Part shown: piece after piece, positions 47,060 to 59,937 of the stretch | Layout of the letters: each line of letters opens with the position of its first letter | Numbering within the stretch: position 1 is the stretch's first letter | Source: Torpedo marmorata | Taxonomy: Eukaryota | Assembly (NCBI GenBank): GCA_977017645.1 | Contig: OZ360237.1 | Coordinates: 30,380,001-30,444,000, forward strand | Direction: 5' to 3' | Length of the DNA stretch: 64,000 nucleotides | Notes under the pieces: generated by a model | Told to the model about the DNA's origin: nothing | The model's input: the letters and a program-made list of their open reading frames with translations, nothing else | The model's database searches: none | Made by a program: the position numbers and the translations under genes

Positions 47060-48890
47060 CAACTTCAATTCTCTGATAACAGTAAGAAGGAAATTGTCCT
47101 TGAAACTTGAGTTCATGTTTTAAAGCTCGTGTACCCTCTGCCCGACAAAAAGGAGGAAGTGGGGAGAGAAGAGAGTGTGACTGGGTTGGGATGGGTCCTT
47201 TAATATATTTGGCAGCTTTCCCAAAACAATGGGTGGAATAGATGGCCTGAGTTGCAGTTTCTTGCAGTTTTGGGCAAGACTGTACCAAGCTGTGATGCAT
47301 CAGATGCTTTCTATGTTGTAGCTATTTTAAAAATAAAAATTGGAAGAGAAATTGGGCACATGCTGAATTTCCTTAGGTTTCTGAGGATGTAGAGTTTTTG
47401 AACTGCTGTATTTGCTGTCGTTGGACCAGAACAGGTTAGTGATATTTAAAGTTAAAGGTAAAGGTTCCATTATGTCACGTAATACTACATTTAGAATGTA
47501 ACATACATGAAATTCTTTAACTTTGTCTACCGTAAGGAAGACAGGGAGTCGCCACTTTGTCCAGCGCCCCTCACAGAAATGAGGCCCCAGCGGGGAACGA
47601 ACTCGTGGACCCTGCTTTACAAGACCAGTGCTCTAACCACTAAGCTGTGGAGCCTCTTATTCCTAGGAGCTTGAAGTTCTCCACCTTGACACTGTTGATA
47701 CATACAGGGGGAGGTTCCCCCACACTCCATCCACTTCCTGAAGTAGAGAACCAGTTCCTGGTTGTTGTCCTCAGAGTATGACACCATGCTCTCTCCTTCC
47801 TGTACTCCATGTCGCCATTGAGATCTGTCCTGCGACAGTGGTGTCATCTGCAAACTTGTAAATGGCAGTAGATAGGAATTTGGCCATGCTGTCATGAATG
47901 TATTGGCAGTATTGGAGGGAAATAAGTGCACACTGGTATTGAGGATTATCGTAGATGTTTTGTTGCTATTCCTCACTGAGCATGGTTTGCAGGTCAAGGA
48001 TCTAGTTGCAAGGGTGGGTGTTGAGCCCTAGGTTTGGCGATGAGTTTGTCTGGGACTATTGGGTTGACGAGCTATAGTCAATAAATTGGGTCTGGCAAAG
48101 GTATTTCTGAGTGTTCCAGGTCTAAGTGCAGGGCCAGGGAGATGGTGTTACAACAGTTGTAGTGGGAGGTCAAAGTTGATGTGAACCATGACCAGCCATT
48201 CAAAGCACTGCATGATGATGCATGTCAGAACCACTGGGTGGTTGTCATTGAGGCACATTGGCTTGCTTTTCTTTGGTACTGAGATGATAGTGGCCGTCTT
48301 AAAGCAGATGGGAACTTCAGCTGCAGCAGGGTGAGGTTAAAGATCTCCATGAATACTAATGTCAACTCGTCAAGAAATGACCAAGGACTCCATCCAGGCT
48401 GATTGTTTTTCATGGATTCACTCTCAGGAAGGCTATCTGATGTCTGCAATGGTAACCATGGATGCGTCGTGCATGAAGCTGTTGATGTCGGTTCACTGTC
48501 CTTCTGTTCAACGCAAGCATAGAATGCATTGAGCTCATTGTGGAGAGATGCATTGTTATCTTTTGATTCTGCCTGATTTTGCTTTGTAGCCCTTGCTGGT
48601 ATGCATACCTTGTCTCAATTGCCGAATATCTGTGAGGTTTATCTGGGTCTCAAGCTTGGTCTGATATTGCCTCTTGGTGTCCCTGATGGCCTTGCGAAGA
48701 TCATGCCTGGATTACTTGTATAGATCAAGGTCACCAGACTTGAAGCCTAAGACCTGGACTTCAGCAAGGAGTGCATCTTCTGGTTCATCCACACTTTCTC
48801 AGATTGTTTGCTTTGGCACACAGTCATCAACAAATTTGCTAATAAATTCTGTAACGGCATTGGCATTTGTATTTAGATTGGCCAGTGAGA
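47060..48890 (-). mobile_element. Old degenerate Rex-Babar-type LINE
   Basis: Minus-strand remnants of LNDY.PV, IILNT, KFADDT and KFLG motifs across frameshifts. Confidence 0.65.
47447..47654 (-). mobile_element. tRNA-Thr(UGU)-headed SINE sharing the tail of the 5S SINE
   Basis: 47654-47582 reads GGCTCCACAGCTTAGTGGTTAGAGCACTGGTCTTGTAAAGCAGGGTCCACGAGTTCGTTCCCCGCTGGGGCCT (about 65/73 to recalled tRNA-Thr-TGT), then TTTCTGTGAGGGGCGCTGGACAAAG...(CCTTTA)n. Confidence 0.9.
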
Positions 48891-48917
48891 TCTTGATGTT
48901 GAAATTGGAATTCGTAA

Positions 48918-49670
48918 TCAAGATCAAGATTCAATTCATTGTCATAGTAATAAAACAGTGTCATATGACATGAAATTTCTTTTTGCCTGCTGCAAGGCAG
49001 ACAGATTCGCCTCCGCCAGAAATTGCCAGCGCCTTTAACATTCCTTACATTCAGAGAAAGAGAAGCAACAGAGAGTCCCCCCAGAGTCACCGAGTGTCCG
49101 TAGATTCGCCTCCAGCGCTTCCACAGCCTCCGCAGCCACACAGAGTCCAACCCAAGCTCCAGATCCAAACCGACACAGTCAGGAACCCTTCGGCACCCCC
49201 TCGCATCCTGGTTCCGATACCTGGTACTCCTCCAGCCAGTTCGAGCCAGTCTCCAGCAGTCCGCAGCCCGGCGCGAGTCTCCCGACAGCAGTCTCCAGCA
49301 GCCCACAGCCTCCGCGGGTTCCTCGCCTCGAGTCGCCAGCAGCCCGCCGCATGCACTGGTCCTTCAGCCTCCGAGCCCCTCACTGGTCCGCTGCCGTGGT
49401 TTACCGTCCTGTGGGTCGTCTCCTCCGCTTCTCCTTCTCAGGCGGGGGGTGATATTTCCGTCCTCTGGTGCACTGTTCCAGTCCTCCGCTTCCCCGGAGT
49501 CTGCAGCCCCTCGTAGCTGCTGCCGATTAATAGGCGCTGCCATCTTGGGCGCAGACCCCGCGGTCGCCCGATCTCAAATAAAACCACCGTCGGCTCCCTC
49601 AAAGCCTGTGCGGAGCCGACGGCAGTCGACTGGGCGGCTGAACCCCGCGGGTGCGCTGCATCTCCACTCC
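48918..49670 (-). mobile_element. GC-rich non-coding retroposon with a tail homologous to the 5S/tRNA SINE tail
   Basis: Minus-strand 3' end GGCGCTGGC...TCTGTCTGCCTTGCAGCAGGCAAAAGAAATTTCATGT...TGACAATGAA followed by (TCTTGA)n. No credible ORF. Confidence 0.65.
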
Positions 49671-49963
49671 TTATCTCATGTAGTTATCATGTAGATATTA
49701 CTCTAGCTGAGTATATCTGATCACAGTGAAAATGCCCATCACGAGAAGTGCATTTAAATATATTGAAAAACATACAAATACTGACCACACATTTTTGCAC
49801 TACTGGCAAACTGAATATTTATTATTTTAATTTTCTCTTCCTTTTATATTGATCATTTTCTCTTTGTGGCATTTTAAGTGCAAATTATCCTGAAATTCTG
49901 TTGGTGCTTTGCCTTACTGCGAAGCTCCAGCAAGTAAAACTTTCACTGCATCTGTCCATAATA

Positions 49964-50182
49964 CAGTAAAATCCCTGGTATCCGGAACCTATGGGGATTG
50001 GTAGATGCCGGATAAGTGGATTTTTCTGTTGCTTGAGGTTGCGTGGATTGGCGAACTAATGGCGAGGTGCGCCAGTTTTTAAACTTCCGTATTTGTTACC
50101 TATTTATTTTCCGTGATTTTTATTTTTGCCAGTTGCTTGAGGCTGCTGGTTGCTTGAATTCTGGATAACAGGGGTTTAACTG
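49964..50182. mobile_element. Tc1/mariner-type MITE (CAGTAAAACCCC family)
   Basis: TA|CAGTAAAATCCCTGG ... CAGGGGTTTAACTG|TA. Confidence 0.82.
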
Positions 50183-51597
50183 TACTTGCGTATATGACAA
50201 TAAACTCTCATCCATTCATTATTCAGTCTTCATCTAGATTACTGACAAGATTTAAAATATTGTGTACATTCTAATAACTGAAACGTCAGTGGACACGTTG
50301 GTTCAAATAAGAACAATAAGGATGGTTGTTCCACTTAGTGCTTTAATAAAATTAACAATTAGTAAATTTGAACTTGATTTATTAGAAAATAAAGGTGGTC
50401 AAGATTAAACATGATAAATCGATGACATGCCAAAAACCAGTTAATATCAGTTTCAATAGATGAATTGAAACAAGGCAGAATTAACAAACCACAAACAATA
50501 TATACGGTAATTTCTTTTGAAAATGAGTCAGACTAAGTTTCTTTTCTTTTTAAAATATTTTTATTGATTTTAAAAAAGAACATACAGAAAAAGGTATAAA
50601 CCAATAAAATGATATGAACCGTTACACAGAATAATTAAACCATTCCGTATATCATAACATGTAAATTGTAAATCAAAACTATAATTATTTTCTTAATACA
50701 ATATCATAAATCTTATCTAATGCCTTAGGGTTATGATTAGGGTTAACTATTAGACATTTCACTAATATAATATTCCAATTATAATAAGAGTATTTCTCAA
50801 ATTGTGAACAGAATTCAAACCTCCAAAACACATTCTTCTTTCTTTTTGGAATTGATATTAGATAAATGTTAAGTTTAACTGGAAATTGTAAATATTGAAT
50901 ATATTCTAGAAAGGGAAGATAATCTTTGAGAATTGTAAATTCCCTTTTTTTTTAAAAATAAGGGAATTTTTTGTATAACTTACTTGAAAAGAAGGTATCG
51001 TATATTTTCTTCTGTTTTTTTTTCTTTTTTTTTCCCTCAGATTGGGATTTCCCCTTTTTTCTTTTCATTTTATGTTTGGATATGTTTTGGAGTTTTGAAT
51101 TCTGTTCACAATCTAAATTTCTCAATACATTTTTCTTTTTAAGCTACAATGAAGAATTTGGAGCTGGTTGCATTCCTGCCAAAGAACAACACTAAGGGAA
51201 AGTTACAGATGATCAAGATGTAAATACAAATAAATTGCATTTGTCTGATACAGTTTATTATCTGCAAGACATTCCAAAACTCTTGAAGTACAAGTCACTC
51301 TTATTTTCTAGGCATTGGCAAAGCTAATTACACACAATGACATCCCACAAATTGCAAGAATGAGACAATCTCTTTCAAACATTGGAACATCTGGAAAACG
51401 CCCACACTCATGCACGGAGAAATTTAAGAAAATGAACGTTGCTTTAGAGCAGAGCATTTTAAGAGATACTGTAGTTGATTATTTTAAACATTATGAAATA
51501 TTTTAATAGAGCAAGTGAAGAAACATTTTTGATAGTAATTAAAGGAGATTGATTCATAAAAGAGCCAATAGTGCAATGGAGTTAAAAATAACATTAT

Positions 51598-51932
51598 CAT
51601 CACCTTCTCTGGTTTCTGCTAGCCTACTTCCCTCTGTCTTCTTTCCTTCAGCTCTCCACCCCCTTCCCTCTCCATTCACAGAGCCATTCCCACTCCCCTT
51701 GTTTGCTGGTGTGCCATCCCTCCCTTATCCCTACCCTACCCATCCCCCACCATTTTGTTCGGGCGCCTACCCACATTTTATTCATACCTTGATGAAGGTC
51801 TCAAGCCGGAAACATTGGTTATGTATCTTTATCTTTGCTACATAAAGTACATTGTTTGACCTGCTGAGTTTCTCCAGCATTGTGTTTTTACTTCAATCAC
51901 GGACGGTGTCTGAAGACTTTCGTGTTTTACTC
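51598..51932 (+). mobile_element. PLE 3' end / pLTR fragment
   Basis: Homologous to 62100-62470, with the motif CCTTGATGAAGGTCTCAAGCCGGAAAC. Confidence 0.8.
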
Positions 51933-52896
51933 CTCTCATATATTTGAATTGTTATGTCTGGTGTGCATAAAAAAAATTGTTGATGCAGATTTTGCAGTAA
52001 CTTTTAAAATCGAATTGAATAAATTGAGGAAGAAAACTTTGGAGGGTTAGACCAGGAGAATTAGTATAATTGGTAAGTTTTTGGAGAGCCAGCATGAACA
52101 CATTTGGTAGAATGCCCTTTTGTGGTGTACCAATCTAAGGAAGTGTTGCATGTAACTGAAAGAGAAAGTGCTTCTTCATTACTGTATTGATCAAATAATA
52201 TAAACTGCTGTTGTCTCACGTGAAGTTTGAATGCATGACCTCCAACTCTGAAGTGCTACTGCTATGTCAGGGCTGTCATTCAAATCCTGTAGCAAAGCAG
52301 TAGCTGCTCAATGTACAACACAAGATTTAATAGCATCCTGGAATTAGCAAATGTGTTTGCTTTGTAGTGAGATGAGAAAAGAAGCACATGAACTTTATAA
52401 AACCCTGCCAGAAGTAATAAGAGGGGAAGAAAATTTCTGGGAACCAATTAACTAGCCTCCATCTGAAGGCTGATTGTGGAGAGCACAAATAAAGGGCACT
52501 CCTGTTTGATTTAACAAATCACAAGCATGCATCCTGGTAAGGACTTCAGATAGGAATTCAGCTGTTCACCATGTGAGCCAGCTTCCTTACATCATGAATC
52601 TGTTCTCATCATCCTCCCATTTGAGCTAAAACTAAGCATCCCCAGATGCAAGAAAATTGAACTGCTGTCATCCAGAAGAGTGCATTTAATATAATCATAG
52701 CAAGAATCTCTGGTTTGTTTTCAAATGTTTTGTTGGCAAACCTTCAAATAAAACCCCTTCCCTGCCAGGCAACTCCAGTGGCATCAAATGCAGATATATG
52801 CATTACTGGCATTGTAGGAATTAAAACTATCACAGCTGCACTCTCACAAATGAAGTTAGAGTAGAAAACTGTCCAGATTTCTATTCCTGATTTTGC

Positions 52897-54060
52897 CAAG
52901 TTCAAGTACAAATTTATTGTCAGAGTACATGCATGAAATCACATACAACCCTGAGATTCTTTTTCCTGTGGGAAAGGCAGAATTTCTACTTATCGTTAGT
53001 GTAAACTGTATTCAAGAAAAAGATGCGTATACAAAAGAAAGAAATGTAAACTGTGCAATTACAGGTAAATAAATATTCAGTAATTAGTAATGAGCAAAGT
53101 AAGAGTCCTTGAGTCTCTGATTGAGTGTTGTTTAGGAGTCTGATGGTGGAGGGGTAGCAACTGTTCCTGAACCTGGTGGTACAAGTCTTGTGGCACCTAT
53201 ACCTTTTTCCTGCTGGCAGCAGTGAGAACAGAGCATGTCCTGGGTGGTGTGGATCCTTGATGATTACTGCTGCTCTCTGACGGCAGCGTTCCACGTGGAT
53301 TTTCATGATGGTGGGGTGAGTTTTGCCTGTGATATACTGGGCTGTGACCACTTCCTTTTTGCAGGCTTTCTGCTCAGAGGTATTGGCACCCCCATACCAA
53401 GCCATGATGTAGCCTATCAGCACACTCTCCACTACACAACTGTAGAAGTTTACAAATGTTTCCGATGTCATACCGAACCTCCGCAAACTCCTGAGGAAGT
53501 AGAGGCGCTGACATGCTTTCTTCATGATGTCATTAGTGTGTTGGGTCCAGGAAAGGTCCTCTGAGATGGTGACTCCCAGGAATTTAACTTTTCTCACCCT
53601 CTCCACCTCTGATCCTCCAATGATCACTGGATCCTACACCTCTAGTTTTCCCTTCCTAAAGTCTGCAATCAGTTCCTTGGTTTTGGTGACATTGAGTGAG
53701 AGGTTGTTGTTAGAGCACTATTTAGCCAAGTTTTAAATCTCCCTCCTGAAGTTTGCTTAGGTTTTGAATGACATACCGAATCTTCGGAGACTCGAGGAAG
53801 TAGAGGCACTGACACGCTTTCTTCATGATGACATTCGTGTGTTGGGTCCAAGATAGTGACTCCCAGGAATTTAAATTTGCTCACCCTCTTCACCTGTGAT
53901 TTTTTTTTTCTCCCCCCCCCCCCCCCCCAATGATAACTGGATTGTACATCTCTGGTTTTCCCTTCCTAAAGTCTATAATCAGTTCCTTGGTTTTGGTGAC
54001 ATTGAGTGAGAGGTTTTTCGTACACCATTCAGCCAAGTTTTCAATCTCCCTCCTGTATGC
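52897..54060 (-). mobile_element. 5'-truncated Rex-Babar LINE with an internally duplicated ~300-bp RT segment
   Basis: ORF 52986-53627 contains VERV.KVKFLGVTISEDLSW, QRLYFLRSLRRFG and RFRNS.YP. 53749-54060 repeats about 53447-53748. Confidence 0.85.
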
Positions 54061-54686
54061 TCCTAGAGCTGTGCAAGTTTGGCAGAAGATAAGATGGGTC
54101 TTACCTGTAAATCCAAAAGAAGTTCACCATCAAGGGTCACATCTGCACCTAGTTAGACATGGTAATTGATTCTTGAATTTTGGTCTGTTTCATGTTAAAA
54201 TTGCTTGGTCTTTCAGAATTTTAATGCATTAACTCTATGTAATATGTCAAATTAAGTTGCAACAAAATTATATCAAACAGCTGAAAATAATATGATGCAT
54301 CATATGCCAAAGCACTTAGTAAATTTAATGAATAGCCATAGCTGAAACTTTTCCTTCATCAAATGACTTCAGCTTCTATGGAAAGTTTTGTTCAGCTTCC
54401 CTTGTCAGAACATATGAGACTGATTTAGTACAGAGGAGACTGCCTGTGTCTCACTTGCCTTGAGCAATTGGGACACCGCGTGCAAATACCAGATGCAAAA
54501 AAAGTGGTATTGAAGGTTTCCAGAATTACTGATTTCACTCCGACAGAGGCTGTTGTGCAAGTGCATGGCATCTGGAACCCCAGAAGTGAACTTTCACCTT
54601 GTGAACTAGCATTAAAAAGAATATTGTGCACAGCATTTTTAAATATAAAAGATGTGGATGAGGTGTCCAAAACCCAAAATGAGATA

Positions 54687-54928
54687 AAAACTTCATGCTG
54701 GAGCAACTCAGCAGGACAAACTGTGTACTTTATATAGCAAAGATAAAGATACATAACCAATGTTTCGGGCTTGAGCCCTTCATCATACCTTGATGAAGGG
54801 CTCAAGCCCAAAACATTGTTTATGTATCTTTATCTTTGCTATATAAAGTACACAGTTTGTCCTGCTGAGTTTCTCCAACATTGTGTTTTTATTTCAACCA
54901 CGGTGTCTGTAGACGTTAGTGTTTTACT
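54687..54928. mobile_element. Palindromic mini-PLE (two pLTR ends back to back)
   Basis: 15-bp TSD ACCCAAAATGAGATA at 54672-54686 and 54929-54943. Inverted repeat of about 90 bp centred on 54786-54790. Confidence 0.9.
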
Positions 54929-55719
54929 ACCCAAAATGAGATACTGGGCTAAAGCGCTGTCTTCAAAATGTCTCCCAAATTTGTGACCGTTATATTTTAC
55001 ACACCAACATATGGGCTTCTGTAACTTCTACTTTCAAAATGATTTAATTTATTGCTTTGTCTTTTGTCAAATTTCTGATGGATGTTAATGCAAATGCTGC
55101 AGTCAGATAGATATTTAATAGCCTTGCACTTCATCTTAACATTTTTGTATAATGTATAATTCATGCAAGAACCTTGACATCTGGCTCTATTCTACATGTG
55201 TTATGGGTTAATGGTCTTGATTAAGCTATAAGTACTATTCCTTTGAGACTATTTCTAGTTCTGAATTTGGTTAGTGTTAATTCTGAATCTCTCAATGTAA
55301 GATCATTGCTTTGTTGTTTCTGATGAGGTGGAATGGAAGTGGTGATATAATATTGACTCTTTTGCTTAACATTTTCATTCGATAAATTGACCTTGTGTGT
55401 TCCATTATCTTAAAATCTTGTTAGACTACAGATTTGGAGCCCTTTCAATCTATTGGAGACTGGTACAATCTGATGAATTTGCTGCAATTTACAAAAGTGT
55501 ACTATAATGGCCAATGCACACTGATAAGAATACAGTGCTTTGTTTTCAGATGGAAAGTATTAACATTTCCAAAAGCTTGAAAAAGGTATCATTTTCGAGA
55601 TACCTTTTGATTTTTTTGTTCTAAACAAGGTATCTTAACTATTCCTGTGGAGAGAACAAAATAAGCCTGGATTAGCATTTTTTGGAGATACCACATCCAA
55701 CAAAGGCTGTCATATTGCA

Positions 55720-56115
55720 GAGCAGTACACAAACAAGCTGGAAAAACTCAGCAAGTCATGCAGCATCCATAGAGAGCAAGAGGCAGTCAACATTTCGGGC
55801 CTGAGCTCTTGTTCAGAAATGCCAAAAATCATTCAGATGCCCGAATAAAATCTTAGGAGGAAGAGGAGCACAGGCTAGCAGGTGATTGGTGGATACAAGT
55901 GAGAAGGGGAAGAAGAGAAAGGAGTTGAGAAGTGATGGGGAGGGGGGAGGGCAGAGGGCTAAGAAAGATAGCTCTTTGATGGGAGAAAGAAATAAAGGTG
56001 GTGGGGAGTTGGAGGGAGATAAAAGGATGAGCGAAAGGGAGATACCAGGGGAGGAGGAGGGGGTTAATGGAAATCGGAGAAATCAATATTGATGCTGTCT
56101 GGTTGGAGACCATCA
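55720..56115 (-). mobile_element. Older PLE 3' end fragment
   Basis: GCTGGAAAAACTCAGCAAGTC...TTTCGGGCCTGAGC..., polypurine tract, then GGAGAAATCAATATTGATGCTGTCTGGTTGGAG. Confidence 0.65.
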
Positions 56116-56695
56116 AGACCACATATAAAACAGAATGTAACACAACACATTTTGAAATTTTAACTATCACGAGGAAGAAAAGAGTCCCAATGTTAAGTAA
56201 TAACATGGAAAGAAGCCGAATGAGTTGTCAATAAATAAATACAGAAATTTGTTAGAAAATTATTATGAGTGTGATCAGTGGGGGGGGAGGGTATAAAAAG
56301 CTTAACAAGTGGAATATACAAAAGTGCTGGAGAAACTCGAGCTCAAGTTTTTTATCATCCGATTGTACAAATACAAATACAGCGTTCTCCGGTCCTCGGT
56401 GCAAAAACATGCAAACACGCATCCAGATATAACACAGATAAACTATGCATATGCAGTACGTATACACATAAAAACTCAGCAGGTCATGTCTATAGGAACT
56501 AAAGGGTAACCAACGTTTCGGGCCTGAGCCTTTAAAGGTATATTCTTTTTTTTTAAAAAAAAACATAATATTATTTGTAGAATGTTCAATTGCTCTTTTG
56601 TTTTGTGGATATGTTCATCCTATGTAACACAACTCCCTGGAAAATATTGGAAATACATAATAGTAAGCGAGTGCTTGAAGAAATAAGTTCACCTT

Positions 56696-59600
56696 AATTC
56701 TAATTCGATTGATAATAAATTTATTATTTGGGAAGCTTTAAAGGCTTATTTAAGAGGCCAAATAATAAGTTATTCAGCAAAAGTTAAGAAGGACTATGTT
56801 CGGGAGGTGGATAATTTGGAGAGGGAGATTGAATTCTTGGAGAAGGACTTGCAAAAAAAGAGATCAGAAGAAAAGAGGAAAATTTTAATTGGGAAAAAAT
56901 TGCATTATAGTATGTTACAAACATATAAAATGGAAAAATTAATTGAAAGAACTAAGCAAAGATATTATGAATTGGGAGAAAGAGCACATAAAGTGTTGGC
57001 GTGGCAATTAAAGAAAGATCAAACCTCTAGAACTATAAATGCTATAAAAAAGAATTCTAAGAAAATAATATATAAACCTCGAGAAATAAATGATTCTTTT
57101 AAGGATTTTTATTTGAACTTATATAAATCTCAGATTGATAAAGATGATTCTAAAATTAATGAATTTCTATCTAAAATTAAGTTACCTAGATTAAATACTC
57201 AAAGTAAAGAACTTTTAGATTTCGTCTTTTTCAGTGAGGGAAGTTAATGATGTTCTCAGTTCTTTAACGAGTGGTAAATCTCCTGGGGAGGATGATTTCC
57301 CATCAGAATTTTATAAGGAGTTTAAAGATTTACTGATACCTCCATATATGGATGTGTTGAAACAAATAACGGAAACTCATTCGTTATCGGAAACATTTTC
57401 GAATGCAATAATTACAGTTATACCTAAAAAAGATAGAGATTTGTTGAAAACAGAATCATATAGACCAATTTCATTGTTAAATGTGGATTATAAGATAATG
57501 GCAAAAATTTTAGCAAATAGAGTGGCTAATTATTTACCAGATTTAATCCATGTAGATCAAGCTGGTTTTATTAAGAATAGATATTCAAAAGATAATATAG
57601 CTAGATTAATTAGTTTAATTAATGTGGAAAAAAAAGATGACCTAGCATTAGTATTAACATTAGATGCTGAAAAGGCTTTTGACAGATTAGAGTGGAATTA
57701 TTTATTTAAGGTATTGGGGAAATTTGGTTTTGGAACTACATTTATTAATTGGATTAAAACTGTATATAAAGAACCATCTGCTAAAGTGGTGACAAATGGA
57801 CACATTTCTTCAAAATTTTCTTTGACTAGGTCAACTAGACAGGGATGTCCTTTGTCGCCTGCATTGTTTATTTTAGCAATAGAACCTTTGGCAGAGCTAA
57901 TTAGACAAGATATTAAGATTGCAGGTATTAAAGTTGGAAGAGCATAAAATCAGTTTATTTGCAGATAATGTATTGATTTATATGACAAAACCTATTACTT
58001 CTTTAACACAATTGACTTTTATTGAGAGAATATGGGGAAATATCTGGTTATAAGATTAATTCTGATAAAAGTGAAATTATGGCATTGACACAAGGGGATT
58101 ATAGTAAATGTAAAGAAATTACACAATTTAAATGGTCAAAGGAAGGAATTAAATATTTGGGAATAAAGATTGATACAAAATTAGCTAATTTATATAAATT
58201 AAATTATTTACCATTTTATTTATGAAAATTAAAAAAGATTTAGAAAGTTGGAAGGACTTACCTATAACTTTAATAGGAAGGGTAAACTGTATTAAAATGA
58301 ATGTCTTTCCAAGAATTCAATATCTTTTTCAATCAATTCCTTACAAAATCCCTTTGAAATTCTTTAAAGATTTAAATTTAATTATTCGGAAGTTTTTGTG
58401 GAAAGGAAAGTTGGCTAGAGTAGGTATGGAGAAGTTAACTTGGAAGTATGAAATGGGTGGTTTGCAACTTCCTAATTTTCAAAATTATTATAAAGCAGCT
58501 CAATTAAAATTTGTTAATGAAATGTTTGATTTAGGTAAGTCTTCTGCTTGGATTAGAATAGAACTAAATAATATAGGAGAAGATTTGAAAGAAGAAGTTA
58601 TTTATAAATGGAATTCTAAATTATTATTGACAAAAGGGAAGAATTCTCCTATTTTTAAACATTTGTTGGAAATATGGAACAGAGTGGATAGGGAGATAGG
58701 AGGGAAAGGGTTGATTTCTCGGAAAATGCCTTTATATCAAAATAAACTTATTCCATTTACTGTTGATAATCAATTATTTAAAATTTGGTTCCAAAAGGGA
58801 ATTAAGAAAATAAATGATTGTTTTGAAGCTAGTAAATTTATTACTTTTCAAAGAATGAAAGATAAGTTTAATGTATTGAATAATACACTTTTTGCTTATT
58901 ATCAAATTAGAGCATTTTTAGTTGGGAAGTTAGGTTATAGTTTGACTTTACCAAGACACAGTGAACTAGAATTATTAGTTACTAATGGAGATGTAAATAA
59001 ATTTATTTCTCAAATGTATAGATTGTTTCAGAGAAAAATCCCTAAAGTAGGAATTCATAAATCAAGATTAAAATGGGAATCAGATTTGAATGTAACAATA
59101 GATGAAGAACATTGGAAAGAATTATGTAAACTAAGTATGACGAAGATTATTAACGTTAGATATAGATTAGTCCAATATAATTTCTTTCATCAATTATATT
59201 TAACGCCTAAAAAATTAAAGAAATGTAATTCGACATTATCAGGTTTATGTTTTAGATGTAATAGAGAGGAAGGTTCATTTGTACATTCTACATGGTTTTG
59301 TCCAAAGATATATGATTTTTGGTTGAAAGTTAAAAAATTTTTAGATAAAGTATTGAGTATTACACTTCCAATGGACCCTATGATATTTCTTTTTGGAGAT
59401 ATTAAAAGAATTAGTATTAAGATGAGATTAAATATGTATCATATAGAAGTTTTGCGAATTAATTTAGCTGTTTCTAAGAAATGCATTGCTATTACATGGA
59501 AATTTGATGTAGATTTAGGGTTAGAGAGATGGCATGCAGAACTTCGTTCATGTATACCACTTGAAAAAATTACTTATAATTTACGTAATAAGTATCATTT

Positions 59601-59937
59601 CTTTTTGAAAATATGGAGCCCATATATTAAAACTGTTGGTTTAAGAATGTGAAGATCTCTGGATATCAGATCTGACTGGTGAACCTATCTTCCACAATAA
59701 AATCAGTTTATAGTTCTTTTTTAGATTGACATTCTCCTTATTCTATCTTTCTCTTTCCTTCTTTCTTTCTTTCTTTTTATTTTAGTAGATTAGTAGGGCT
59801 GGGAGGGTTAGGGAGGGGAGGGAGGGAGGGGGGGGTGAAAATATATCACATGTATTTTGATAATTTCATATTTTATTTTATGTATTTTGTGATTAAGAAA
59901 TTTTAAATAAAATATTTAAAAATAATAAATTTAAAAA
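56696..59937 (+). mobile_element. 5'-truncated L1 family B copy (ORF2 pseudogene)
   Basis: 18-bp TSD AAGAAATAAGTTCACCTT at 56678-56695 and 59938-59955. ORF pieces 56807-59652 are near-identical to the 27152 copy. Confidence 0.93.

Noticed and set aside
47582-47654. Functional tRNA-Thr gene
   Set aside because: Mismatches in the anticodon and T stems, and directly fused to the SINE tail.
48839-49694. ORFs of 98-177 aa on both strands
   Set aside because: GC-rich repeat interior with few stop codons and no recognisable domain.
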